Assembly: GCA_048886185.1 (NCBI GenBank)
Contig: JBHLKY010000013.1
Span: forward strand, 1-32,000
Direction of reading: 5' to 3'
DNA length: 32,000 bases
DNA from: Candidatus Hermodarchaeota archaeon
GTDB taxonomy: Archaea; Asgardarchaeota; Heimdallarchaeia; Hodarchaeales; Hodarchaeaceae
Shown here: piece after piece, positions 15,789-25,577 of the stretch
How positions within the stretch are numbered: the first letter of the stretch is position 1
Layout of the letters: the number at the start of each line of letters is the position of its first letter
The notes under the pieces: generated by a model
Databases searched by the model: none
The model's input: only the letters and a program-made list of their open reading frames with translations
What the model was told of the DNA's origin: nothing
Position numbers and translations under genes: made by a program

Positions 15789-17444
15789 TTAGGTTGGGGT
15801 AACCTCATTTAATCTCTTTATAACCCATTCTTTGTCAAGTGAAGCAATAAAAGGAGCAAATCGAGGACCTTGAGGGTTTCCTAATAATATTTGATATAGA
15901 AGCTGAAAGAAATCAGACATTTCCTTTCGCGTCAAAGAAGCCTCCTGTCGTAAAGAGATCATTTTTTGCTTGATATTTTCCTCAGTCCATTTTATTGAGT
16001 TTAAATTTCTTGCTAACTTCAGAATTAAATCTAGCATTTTCTCATCAATCTGATGAATAATAGTTTTCGAAATCTGCTTAGGAATATTTATTCGAAGATG
16101 TGGTGGAGCATAATCGGAAACCCAATTACGAGCTTGAGACAACCGATTGTGGATATGAGTCTCTATTTCCTTTGTAGGAGGTGTGGTGAGAATTTCGGTT
16201 GCTTCTAGCTTTTTAATTGCTTTTTCTACTCCTTCTGGAGTTGGAGAAACTAATTGAGATAAAATTATTGCGTGAGAATAATCTAGTTGAAATCCTCTAT
16301 ATTGAGGGACATCATTGTAGAAAATAATTTCGTAACTCCTCAGAATAGCTTGAAGTTCTGCTGAATCTTCAAATGGCTCCAGCTCGAAGTAAATTCGCTG
16401 AGCCTTGTCATATTCAGCTACATAACTTGGGATTTTATCGAGTCCTAGCACGATTCGTCTTTTCGGAGGATTCTTTAGATAAATATACTTCAATACTTCT
16501 GTTTCTGAGTATTTGAGCCATTTGGAAGGAGTGAATCCAATGAAACCTGAGCTTGTCATATCCCCAAAATCTTTCTTTCCTTCGGAATATCCAACCCATT
16601 CATTCCAGAATCCATAGGGTCCAGGATGTTGGAGAACGGTCTCAAGTACATCAATACAACTATCACGTGACCCCCCTGGAGTAGCATGGTCTTTTCCATA
16701 GGGTTCAAAGTGAATATTCAGAGTATACCAAATTGCTAGCCATTCGAGGCGCCATGTAAGCTTCCCTCGCCTCATATCGGACCAATCATCTGTTTTGCAA
16801 GCTTGACAATAATAATGGATATTGTATTTCTCTAAGTCAACTTCCAATGCTCTTGTTGTTCCAATTCGATTGCAGTGATTGCATAAGGGATTAAAAGGGA
16901 TCCAATCTTCAGGAAATGGCTTTTCTTTTCGATACTTATTAAGAATGGTGCGAACCTGCTCTTTTTTCTCAACTAATTTGATAATCGTGCTTTTCATTGC
17001 CTCTGTTTGATAAAATTCATGCGTACGAATGATCTTGATATTTTTACCGAATTTAGGAAGTGGGTCACCAAACGCTTTCCAAAAATAATCGACCCATGAA
17101 ACTTCTTGGTTATTTGGTGCTGGGACATCAATTAACCGCCAGTCCGTATATTTTTTTGCTTCTTCTGGATTTGAAAAGTTTTTTCGTTGTGCTTCCTTTC
17201 CTTTCCAAGGATCCGCGGTATATAGAATTAGCGAATGAGTAGCATTATAACCACGGCGCTTTATTTCAGTAACAACTGAATTCGTTAGTACAATCTCTCC
17301 GCGGAGACGACCTACATGTTGTTGGCCTGAAACCGAAATACCACAATTACAATTGAACTCAGTTATCTTGGGCCAATTCGATATTAAATCAGTTGTTAAT
17401 TGATCTATCCAGTGTGAATGATCTCTCTTAGTATTTTTTGTCAT
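15789..17444 (-). CDS. lysS: Lysyl-tRNA synthetase, class I
   Basis: GISVSGQQHVGRLRG (HIGH region), Zn motifs CNHC and CQAC, GKLTWRLEW, FEPYGKDHATPGGS, C-terminal LYQILLGNPQGPRF anticodon-binding domain. Confidence 0.95.
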   Translation of the reverse strand: MTKNTKRDHSHWIDQLTTDLISNWPKITEFNCNCGISVSGQQHVGRLRGEIVLTNSVVTEIKRRGYNATHSLILYTADPWKGKEAQRKNFSNPEEAKKYTDWRLIDVPAPNNQEVSWVDYFWKAFGDPLPKFGKNIKIIRTHEFYQTEAMKSTIIKLVEKKEQVRTILNKYRKEKPFPEDWIPFNPLCNHCNRIGTTRALEVDLEKYNIHYYCQACKTDDWSDMRRGKLTWRLEWLAIWYTLNIHFEPYGKDHATPGGSRDSCIDVLETVLQHPGPYGFWNEWVGYSEGKKDFGDMTSSGFIGFTPSKWLKYSETEVLKYIYLKNPPKRRIVLGLDKIPSYVAEYDKAQRIYFELEPFEDSAELQAILRSYEIIFYNDVPQYRGFQLDYSHAIILSQLVSPTPEGVEKAIKKLEATEILTTPPTKEIETHIHNRLSQARNWVSDYAPPHLRINIPKQISKTIIHQIDEKMLDLILKLARNLNSIKWTEENIKQKMISLRQEASLTRKEMSDFFQLLYQILLGNPQGPRFAPFIASLDKEWVIKRLNEVTPT

Positions 17445-17734
17445 TTAATTATTTCACGTCGTTCAGGGGCATTCAGAAAGAACTTTGAAAAAGGATTTAA
17501 AAAAGTCCTTTTATATTGCAAAATCCAGCTATCTCAAATATAATATTAGATGAGTATGTAAAAAGCAATTGATTATAATTAGCGTTGTTACTTTATTCAC
17601 GATTCTAGATTTCACAGTTATTGTGGATCCAATTCCTCTGAATCTGCTGAAAAATGATGATATTGGCCTATAATCAATGAATTTTCAGCTTTTCTGACTA
17701 TTTGAGTCAAAATTTAATAGGTGTATGGTTATAA

Positions 17735-18946
17735 ATGAAAGCATTAGTGTTAGCAGGAGGAAGTGGGAAGGAAATGCTGCCTCTGTCAAAATATTGCCCA
17801 AAGTCCATGTTAACTCTTCATGGAAGACATATTCTAGAATATGTGTTAAATGGGTTAATAGAAACTAGTATCGAAGAATTTGTTATAGTTATTGGGCATC
17901 TAGGAGATAAAGTTCGATCAATTGTTGAGAATTATAGACAAAAGGATTTTCATATCCAAATTATTGATCAAGGGGAGCGGAAAGGGATAGAAAAAGCGAT
18001 TATTGCCGCTCATGATCAGTTCTCTGAAAAAGAACCGTTTCTCTTAGCTTACAGCGACATAGTTGCTCCTCCGATGTTTTATCAGCATCTAATGAATTCT
18101 TATCTCAATACAGCTGCTGATGGGGCTATTGCTGTCACATTAGTCGGAAAATCTTCAGAATTTGGGATAGCAGCTATTGATGACAGAGGTTTTATTACCG
18201 AAATTCTTCCAGAAACCCCTGCTGATGCAACGGATGCGGATTATATTTTTGCTGGTGCGTCGATCTTACCTGGAGAATTTTTTGAGATTCTTAGGGAGGA
18301 ACAGAAACTTACTGTCGCTTTAGCAAGGCTTTTACAAGAACAACGTCGGATTTGTGCCTCAGTTTGGCAGGATGAGTGGGTAGATATTGGATATCCTTGG
18401 GATCTATTAGCAGCCAATAATGATACATTTCAGGCTTTAGAGCATTCTATCATTCATAAAACAGCAAATATATCTCCATCCGCACACATTTCTGGATTAG
18501 CATTGATTGAGGAAAATGTTGTTATAGATCATAATGCAGTAATTGTTGGACCATGTTTCATTGGTAGAAACAGCTATATTGGTACAAATAGTCTCATTCG
18601 AGAATTCTCTTGCATTGAACAAAACTGTAAAATCGGTTATTCAGTTGAAATTAAAAATTCAGTAATTCAACAGGGTACTAAAATCGGGCGTCTCTCTTTT
18701 GTCGGTGATAGTGTCGTAGGAGAGAATGCAAGGTTAGGAGCCGGAGTCACAACCATGAATGAGCTAAAAGATTCAAAATCTCAAAAAATAACAAAGACAA
18801 TTAAAGGAAGGGTCTACTACAAACTAGGGGCTGTTATTGGTCCCCATTCGATAGTAGGATCTAACAGCGTAATGATGCCTGGTAGTATCATCCAATATAA
18901 TCAGCTAATCCCCCCTGGGACAGTTATTCGGAACAATCACTTATAA
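17735..18946 (+). CDS. Sugar-phosphate nucleotidyltransferase with C-terminal left-handed beta-helix (archaeal GlmU-like)
   Basis: MKALVLAGGSG..M.PL....PK, WVDIGYPWDLL, hexapeptide repeats (IVGPCFIGRNSYIG, VGDSVVGENARLGAG). Confidence 0.88.
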   Translation: MKALVLAGGSGKEMLPLSKYCPKSMLTLHGRHILEYVLNGLIETSIEEFVIVIGHLGDKVRSIVENYRQKDFHIQIIDQGERKGIEKAIIAAHDQFSEKEPFLLAYSDIVAPPMFYQHLMNSYLNTAADGAIAVTLVGKSSEFGIAAIDDRGFITEILPETPADATDADYIFAGASILPGEFFEILREEQKLTVALARLLQEQRRICASVWQDEWVDIGYPWDLLAANNDTFQALEHSIIHKTANISPSAHISGLALIEENVVIDHNAVIVGPCFIGRNSYIGTNSLIREFSCIEQNCKIGYSVEIKNSVIQQGTKIGRLSFVGDSVVGENARLGAGVTTMNELKDSKSQKITKTIKGRVYYKLGAVIGPHSIVGSNSVMMPGSIIQYNQLIPPGTVIRNNHL

Positions 18947-18960
18947 CAAAACCAACAGAT

Positions 18961-18989
18961 GAAAAAAGGAAGAAGGAGAGAGGGGGTTT
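18961..18989 (-). terminator. Pyrimidine/oligo-T tract, candidate archaeal terminator for the 18990-19706 gene
   Basis: 26-nt pure purine run on + (18961-18986), read on - as CCCCCTCTCTCCTTCTTCCTTTTTTC just after the TAA stop, between convergent genes. Confidence 0.45.
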
Positions 18990-19706
18990 TTAAAGTTCTA
19001 AACGCTTATCTGGGACATAGGATAGAATTTTTCTAATTTCTTCTTCTTTTGAATTTACTCTGAAAACATTGGCAATTCGATAAATATGTGGATCAGTTTC
19101 GGGTTTAATGTAAAGATCTCCACTGAGGAAAAGCATTTTCTCAAAAATATCAGGTGTAGTTTTTTCAATGTGTGCGTGTTGGGCATTACCAAATCGCCTT
19201 TCATCACCTAAGATCCCACGGTGATGGTAAATTTCTGTGGGTGAAATTAACCAATAATCAATGCGGCTGTAAATATAAATGACAATAAGATGGATAAAAA
19301 CTAGCAATGCGAAGAAGAAATAGAATTCTAAAGAAGCTGTAATGGCAGGCCATTCAAGACCAAGACTAAGGTCAGGAAGCTGCGTTCGTAAAAGTAAGTA
19401 AATCAGAACGATAATTATTACGCCAAAAGCAATTAATGCCGTTTTTCCTAATCCAAAGTCGAAAGCAACAATGATAAAGTTGAATGCGAACACAGCAAAG
19501 AAAAATGTTCCTAATGCACTTGCCATCATTTCATCTTCCATTAGGTTTGGACTCAGAAGACTAATAAGTACAATAATAAAGGCAACGATCATACTAGGGT
19601 AGAAAAATAGCGTTTCAGGATATGATCTTACGATGATATATTCCTTTCTCTTCATAGATTTCTCTTCTTCTGTTTTTGTTGTCTCTAACATTTGTAGAAT
19701 CTCCAT
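18990..19706 (-). CDS. Membrane protein with C-terminal bacterial PH-like (bPH_2-type) domain
   Basis: About four TM segments, then YWLISPTEIYHHRGILG...DIFEKMLFLSGDLYI, matching the bPH_2 pattern; start may be an internal Met. Confidence 0.65.
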   Translation of the reverse strand: MEILQMLETTKTEEEKSMKRKEYIIVRSYPETLFFYPSMIVAFIIVLISLLSPNLMEDEMMASALGTFFFAVFAFNFIIVAFDFGLGKTALIAFGVIIIVLIYLLLRTQLPDLSLGLEWPAITASLEFYFFFALLVFIHLIVIYIYSRIDYWLISPTEIYHHRGILGDERRFGNAQHAHIEKTTPDIFEKMLFLSGDLYIKPETDPHIYRIANVFRVNSKEEEIRKILSYVPDKRLEL

Positions 19707-19836
19707 TGGTGAATTATGAATTAGCTAATGAATCCCCCTATTTTAGCTTTTTTATTTTCCCCTTCCAAAAGATAGCTTTTACTATTTTAAAAAACAAGGG
19801 ATTGAAATTATATAAAATAATTACTAATGAATAACA

Positions 19837-20856
19837 TTAACTAACGTCTATAACTCCTTCTCCCGTTATTGCAAACACTGTTTCACTCTCTGGTAGAAGA
19901 GGACTGTCAACAATTCGAGCAATACGTCGTTCTCCCTTTGATTTACGGAGATAGATACGTGTATGAGACACATGAGCTAGAATGTGACCACCCGCAGGCA
20001 TTGTGGGATCACCAAAAAACATATCTGGTTGGGAATGAACTTGGTTTGTTACAATTACTGCAACATTAGATACTTCTGCGAGTTTCAAAAGCGAATGAAG
20101 GTGTTGGTTTAATTTTTGTTGTCGTGCTGCAAGGGTTGCTCTACCAACGAATTCTGCACGAAAATGGGCTATGAGGGAATCTACAATAACCAGTTTAACA
20201 TTTTTAGATAAAGCTTCTTTGATAATATTCTCCACAAGCACCATTTGATGGTCGCTGCTATATGCACGACCATGGAAGATATGTTTTAATACCATTTGAA
20301 CATCCAAATCGTTACCAAAACGACTGGCCATAGCAACAATTCTTTCAGGCCGAAAGGTTCCTTCCGTGTCAATGTATATGCAAGATATAGGATTTTTATC
20401 ATCAGTATTGAAGCCTCCTAAGGCTGGAGGTAATTGACAAGTGACGCACAGTTGATGAGCGAGTTGAGTTTTTCCTGTCCGATATTCCCCATATAATTCA
20501 GTTATAGAACCAGTTTCTATCCCACCATTTAATAAATCATCTAGCGCGTCAGCACCAGTGGTTGCTTTAAGCATATTTCTCCGTGATTCGAGTATTATAT
20601 CCGCAGTTATGAATCCATATCCTAATTTCTCTCTTGCAGCTTTGATAATTTTCCCTGCAATCTTTTCTCCAAATCCTCCTAATGCCATTAATTCACTGAT
20701 ACTTATTGTTGCGACAGATTCGAGAGTTCTGAAGTTCGCTTCCTGAAGCTTCTTAGTTAGAGCGGGCCCGACACCTGGTAAATCCATCACAGTTATTTCT
20801 TGATTTTGTGTATTTATGTTTGTGATCTTTTGTGTTGAATTACCTGTTCTTTGCAT
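19837..20856 (-). CDS. radA: DNA repair and recombination protein RadA (Rad51/RecA family)
   Basis: N-terminal HhH (DLPGVGP), Walker A GEYRTGKT, YIDTEGTFRPER, Walker B IVDSL, TNQV, GGHILAH, RIVDSP. Confidence 0.96.
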   Translation of the reverse strand: MQRTGNSTQKITNINTQNQEITVMDLPGVGPALTKKLQEANFRTLESVATISISELMALGGFGEKIAGKIIKAAREKLGYGFITADIILESRRNMLKATTGADALDDLLNGGIETGSITELYGEYRTGKTQLAHQLCVTCQLPPALGGFNTDDKNPISCIYIDTEGTFRPERIVAMASRFGNDLDVQMVLKHIFHGRAYSSDHQMVLVENIIKEALSKNVKLVIVDSLIAHFRAEFVGRATLAARQQKLNQHLHSLLKLAEVSNVAVIVTNQVHSQPDMFFGDPTMPAGGHILAHVSHTRIYLRKSKGERRIARIVDSPLLPESETVFAITGEGVIDVS

Positions 20857-21713
20857 TTAAATCACAAATTTTTTTATCTATACAAGTAATAATTTATTCT
20901 TCAGAGATAAAAATAAATGGCTAACACACCATATAATTTAAGAAAAAAGTCTTTAATTGGAGTTATAATATTTTTCTTGGTTTTTAAAAAAGTAAAATAG
21001 ACACTACTTCTCTAGCAATTTAATCTGAAAGCCAACACACGAAAAAAATTACTTATGAGTAAAGTACATGTGAAAATATGATTTTCTTTCAATTTAGTCG
21101 GAATTATATTGAAAAATGATGGAAATATCACTTTTGATTTTGATAAATTGATGTTTGAAAAGAGATAGGTTGATGATGAGCTAATTAAATCTCTGGGGTC
21201 ATTTTTAGTTATCTCTCTATTTAACCTTCAAACGAAAGCTTTCAATTATTTTAGTCACAGATGTAGGATAACTATAATTTTTCATATTTAGAATTAATTA
21301 TTTTAATGTTATTCTATGTTTAAGAGATTTTTTGAAAGAAAAAGTCGATTTGAATGCATCACATGATCTTTTTGCGCTAATAATCATGATATGATGACTA
21401 AAATTATAAACAAAAGTCATAGATATAACCCAGGTTTTTAATAATGAGTTGGTTAAGATATTAAACTCAGGCTGATTCGCTCTAAAATGAGAAAATAAAA
21501 AGTCAGTTAAGAACTCATCTGATAATTAAAACCTACTATTAACTTCAAAATCGATATTATGAGGTCATTTATATCAAAATTTCAGGAGATTAATACGTAG
21601 GGCTTTTCCATTGCTTAACTATAGAAAAATTCAATCAAAAAAGTTAATTTCATTGGATGAGGCTGAATATCTTTTGAAATAAATCATTTTCTAACTTGTG
21701 GTGAAAAATTATA
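20857..21713. other. AT-rich intergenic region, candidate replication origin and divergent radA/cdc6 promoters
   Basis: 857 bp with no long ORF; hand count ~25% GC over 20881-21660 and 6/50 GC at 21271-21320; directly upstream of cdc6. Only degenerate mini-ORB-like sequences seen. Confidence 0.5.
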
Positions 21714-22949
21714 TTGAATGGATCGAAATTTGATCTCGCAAAATATCTTACCAAAAAAAATCAGATTATTAAGGACGATCAAGTTTTTGAGCCTACTTTT
21801 ATTCCAGAATGGATATTACATCGAGAAGATGAGTTAACACAACTAGCTAATCACTTCAAATCAATTTTATCACGTGAAAAAATGAATTCAGGAAAACAAG
21901 TGATAATTCAGGGACGTATCGGACTAGGAAAGACTGTCGTAGTGAAACATTTTGGTCTTACTCTTGAAGATTACTGTCGTACTAAATCTGATGCACAATT
22001 GGCAAAAATCTCTTTTTTTCATATGAATTGCAGACGACAAAGGTCTTGGTATTTAATTTTAACTTCGATCCTTAGTCGTTTAGTTCCTGCTTTTCCTATT
22101 CGAGGATTCAGTGTTGATGAATTACTTATATTTCTAATAAAAATCATTAAGGAGAGAAATCAAGGATTATTAATTTGCTTAGATGAAATCGACTATCTTT
22201 TATCTGAATCTAAAGGACAAGATGCTCTTTATTCACTCATTCGTCATCATGAAGGAATCAATCAATCTGAACAAGCTCAAATTTCACTAATCTTGGTGAC
22301 ACGGAACCCGCATTTTCAAAAAATTTTGGATCCTGCCCTTTCTTCCTCCTTATCTCAACAAGCAATTATCTTCAAACCTTATACAGCAGATCAATTGTAC
22401 GATATACTATTATCTAGAGCTCAACAGGGATTATTTGAATATACTTATTCAGAAGACATTCTTAGAACAATTGCTTCCCTTGCGGTTAAAAGTGGAGATG
22501 CTCGTCATGCCATCGAGCTATTATGGCGTTCGGCTAAGGTAGCAGAGCAAGAAGACTCTCGAAACATTAATTTTGAGCATATCCGAAAAGCCCAGGTAAA
22601 TATTTTCCCAATTAAACAATCCCTTATAACTGATTTGCCTCCCCAATTGAAGAAAGTTCTTTATGCTCTTGCCTCATTACTTAATTGCGAAAAAAATCGC
22701 GGTTTTGTTACAACAGATGAATTACGCTATAAATATGGCGAGATTTGTGAGAAATCTAATGATAAACCACGGAAACAAACCCAATTTTGGAATTATCTGC
22801 AGAATCTGGCTAAGCAGGGTCTTATTGAATTAAATGTTCAAAATAGACATCAGAATGGTAAATCAGCAGGAAGAACTACATTAATTAGTATTTCTGATTT
22901 ACCCGTCAGGGATTTACTTTTTCTTCTAGAAACCAAGTTAAATTCCTAA
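21714..22949 (+). CDS. cdc6: Orc1/Cdc6 replication initiation protein
   Basis: ILHREDEL, Walker A GRIGLGKT, Walker B LDEID, FKPYTADQL..IL..R, GDAR, C-terminal winged helix (LAKQGLI...GRT). TTG start. Confidence 0.93.
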   Translation: MNGSKFDLAKYLTKKNQIIKDDQVFEPTFIPEWILHREDELTQLANHFKSILSREKMNSGKQVIIQGRIGLGKTVVVKHFGLTLEDYCRTKSDAQLAKISFFHMNCRRQRSWYLILTSILSRLVPAFPIRGFSVDELLIFLIKIIKERNQGLLICLDEIDYLLSESKGQDALYSLIRHHEGINQSEQAQISLILVTRNPHFQKILDPALSSSLSQQAIIFKPYTADQLYDILLSRAQQGLFEYTYSEDILRTIASLAVKSGDARHAIELLWRSAKVAEQEDSRNINFEHIRKAQVNIFPIKQSLITDLPPQLKKVLYALASLLNCEKNRGFVTTDELRYKYGEICEKSNDKPRKQTQFWNYLQNLAKQGLIELNVQNRHQNGKSAGRTTLISISDLPVRDLLFLLETKLNS

Positions 22950-23058
22950 ATAGTATTGGTACTACTTGTTTGATATCATAAAAAATGACGAAAATCTTTT
23001 TTCTCTTCTATTATATATGGATTTAATTAATCTACTTGAAAATCATAGTTGAGTCAAC

Positions 23059-23802
23059 ATGAATAAATCACAGAAGGATCTTTATGAGCAAAGTTGGACC
23101 ACACATTCCCTCAGGAATCCTGAAATGTGGCCAATAAACACGATTATAAAGAGAATTCTCAAAGAAAATGGTAGAATCCTTGAGGTTGGCCCGGGGAATT
23201 GGCCAAAATCACCAATCGCCAGTACCGTATATCTTGAATTAACTGTTGCAGGGGCATACAATCTAGAAAAAATTGGAGCTTACACCTCCACAGGTAGTAT
23301 AGAGAACATTCCATTCAAGGATGAAACATTTGATATTGTTGTTGCTTTAGAAGTAATTGAGCATGTCCCTAATATTCAAAAAAGCTTCTCCGATGTTAAT
23401 CGTGTTTTAAAGAAGAATGGACACTTTATATTCTCCACCCCCATTCACCAAAGGTTGTGGACTCACTTTGATAGCCTTGCAGGGCATTTACGTCGTTTTG
23501 ATCCAATTGAGTTATTGAAATTAACTTTGCAAAATGACTTCCGATTGGTCAAATTTACGGGAAGAAATGATGTTCCAGTCATGTTCAGTAATATAAATGC
23601 ACTGATGGAAATACGTTACAAGAGATTTTTGATGTCTCTTTCTGAAATTACACTGTCAATTCTTTCTGCTATCCATCATAGCGCCTTTTATCGAAGAGTC
23701 AATCGTCAAGCCTATGATCTTGAATTGTGGTTTGATCCCAATCTTTACATAAGTAAATCAAAAAAAATGGGAAATGTGACCTTAGTTTGTCAAAAAGAGT
23801 GA
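23059..23802 (+). CDS. Class I SAM-dependent methyltransferase
   Basis: RILEVGPG, IPFKDETFDIVVALEVIEH, LKKNGHFIFSTP, D..AGH.RRF motif common in glycan-locus methyltransferases. Confidence 0.88.
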   Translation: MNKSQKDLYEQSWTTHSLRNPEMWPINTIIKRILKENGRILEVGPGNWPKSPIASTVYLELTVAGAYNLEKIGAYTSTGSIENIPFKDETFDIVVALEVIEHVPNIQKSFSDVNRVLKKNGHFIFSTPIHQRLWTHFDSLAGHLRRFDPIELLKLTLQNDFRLVKFTGRNDVPVMFSNINALMEIRYKRFLMSLSEITLSILSAIHHSAFYRRVNRQAYDLELWFDPNLYISKSKKMGNVTLVCQKE

Positions 23803-23827
23803 GAAAATCGCTGTACTCAACATAGCC

Positions 23828-25201
23828 TTAAGACATTACCGAGGGGGATCTAATGTGTTCCCTATTATTTATTGAAAATTTTTTTCTTTGTGAGCTAGTT
23901 ATTAATACATAATCGAATAATATTACTCCAAAAATTGATGTGGCCAGAAATGGAAGAGCAAAACTGTTAATTACTAGCAGGGATAGTAACGACATCACAA
24001 CAAGTCTCAATCTTGTATTCTTTTTAATGATGAGGCCGAGAATGAAGATGAGAACCAAGCCTATAAGTGTTAATACTCCAATTATTTCAATTAGGTTGAA
24101 TGCTTTGGCAAATTCAGCAACAATTGTTCCTCCCAGCGATCCATCCTCAATATATCTTCTTGATGAATTATAAAAGAGAACTGTTTCTTGAAACACCCAA
24201 ATTATGTTGAATGGAAATGCCACTATAAGAAATCCCAGGAAAGGAATACCTGGTGTAGCAAGTATCTTTTCCCAATTTCTTTCGTGTAAATAGGTGATCC
24301 AGATAGCAACTAGGAAAATAGCTGAGAAGTATTTACTAAGGGCACTAAGGGTAAAAAAAAGGATGGCAAGATAATCCTTGTGTTTGTATGAAGACTCATA
24401 AAAATAAAATCCTATAATAGCATATAGCATCATTAAAGGGGCACTACTCCAAATAAAAGAAACCATAAGTAAAAACGCTAGAATAGGGCCTTGAAAGCGA
24501 TCTTTGGGAAATAAATGATATGCAAACAAACCACTTATTGAGATAAAGATTAAATTAGCAAGAGTGAGGCCAAAATTGTTGAAACCAGGTAACCAAAACG
24601 GAACATCTCCGTTAATTAGGAAGGAGCTTATCAAATTAAGAATACCTAAAATCAATCCGTAGGAAATTAAATCTACTGGCAAATAAGGATAAGTTCCTGC
24701 ATGAAAATCACCTGCTCCTGTTGGACTTCCATGTTGAATATACAATTTATTGGGATCATAAGGGTTCTTTCCTTCCCATAAGCATTGAGCTCCAGTATAT
24801 ACTACTTGATTAACATCTCCTCCATACATTGCTGGCAGATAGATAAGAAAAAATGCTGCCAGAAAAATGAGGCCCAGATAAAGGAGAGTGGGTGATAATC
24901 GTAACTTGATATTGGTTAATATGAAAACTACGAGTAATATAATGAATAAATTATAAAAAACGGCTGAAATAAACACACCAGTAATACCTGAATGCTCTAA
25001 TTCATCGAAGCCATAGAGAACGCCTTGAACAAAAAAGAGTGAAAAGGGAATAGCAATAATTAATATAAAAAACAAATTAGCCCAATTTTCTTTGAGAAAC
25101 GGATTTTTCTTAAGTCGTGACATAAAGTCATCAAAGAAAGGAACTTCTCTCAAATTCAATTCAACCTTATTTTCAATCAGTGGAGATGAATAAGGACTCA
25201 T
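23828..25201 (-). CDS. Multi-pass GT-C fold glycosyltransferase (GT87/DUF2029-like)
   Basis: About 11-12 TM segments; GGD loop followed by LWEGKNPY and YPYLP; LSKY motif. Confidence 0.7.
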   Translation of the reverse strand: MSPYSSPLIENKVELNLREVPFFDDFMSRLKKNPFLKENWANLFFILIIAIPFSLFFVQGVLYGFDELEHSGITGVFISAVFYNLFIILLVVFILTNIKLRLSPTLLYLGLIFLAAFFLIYLPAMYGGDVNQVVYTGAQCLWEGKNPYDPNKLYIQHGSPTGAGDFHAGTYPYLPVDLISYGLILGILNLISSFLINGDVPFWLPGFNNFGLTLANLIFISISGLFAYHLFPKDRFQGPILAFLLMVSFIWSSAPLMMLYAIIGFYFYESSYKHKDYLAILFFTLSALSKYFSAIFLVAIWITYLHERNWEKILATPGIPFLGFLIVAFPFNIIWVFQETVLFYNSSRRYIEDGSLGGTIVAEFAKAFNLIEIIGVLTLIGLVLIFILGLIIKKNTRLRLVVMSLLSLLVINSFALPFLATSIFGVILFDYVLITSSQRKKFSINNREHIRSPSVMS

Positions 25202-25472
25202 AAACTTTGTGTTTTCCTGTGATTAGAAGGCGAAACATAACCTCTTTTTTCTGTAATGAAATTTCTGGAGAGGATTACTCAAAAAATGTGAAGTGATAAC
25301 AAATCAGGCTATCTCTTAAATTCAGATGCTAAACGTCAATGAGAAATATAGCAGGAAGGGAGATAAAGATAATTTAGAATCTTCTATCTTGGAAACTTCC
25401 CTTCTTAAATTATAAAAACACACATTTACTAATCTGATAGAAGTTGTGGGAATACACCCAACTCAATGAAGG

Positions 25473-25497
25473 TTTACCAAAGTAGCATGTTGGTAAA
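25473..25497. promoter_or_regulatory. Perfect 8-bp inverted repeat, candidate operator
   Basis: TTTACCAA-N9-TTGGTAAA, 80 nt upstream of the helicase start, next to a TATA-like TTTATGTA at 25502. Confidence 0.35.
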
Positions 25498-25577
25498 TAA
25501 CTTTATGTAAACTCCAATAAAGAGTATCAAAGCTTTTGTATTTTCTATAAAAATCTCTCAAAACAGATGAATTTGTC

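Noticed and set aside
21600-21660. Canonical ORB elements
   Set aside because: Only partial TTCCAnTG-like matches without the G-string; not enough to annotate as ORBs.
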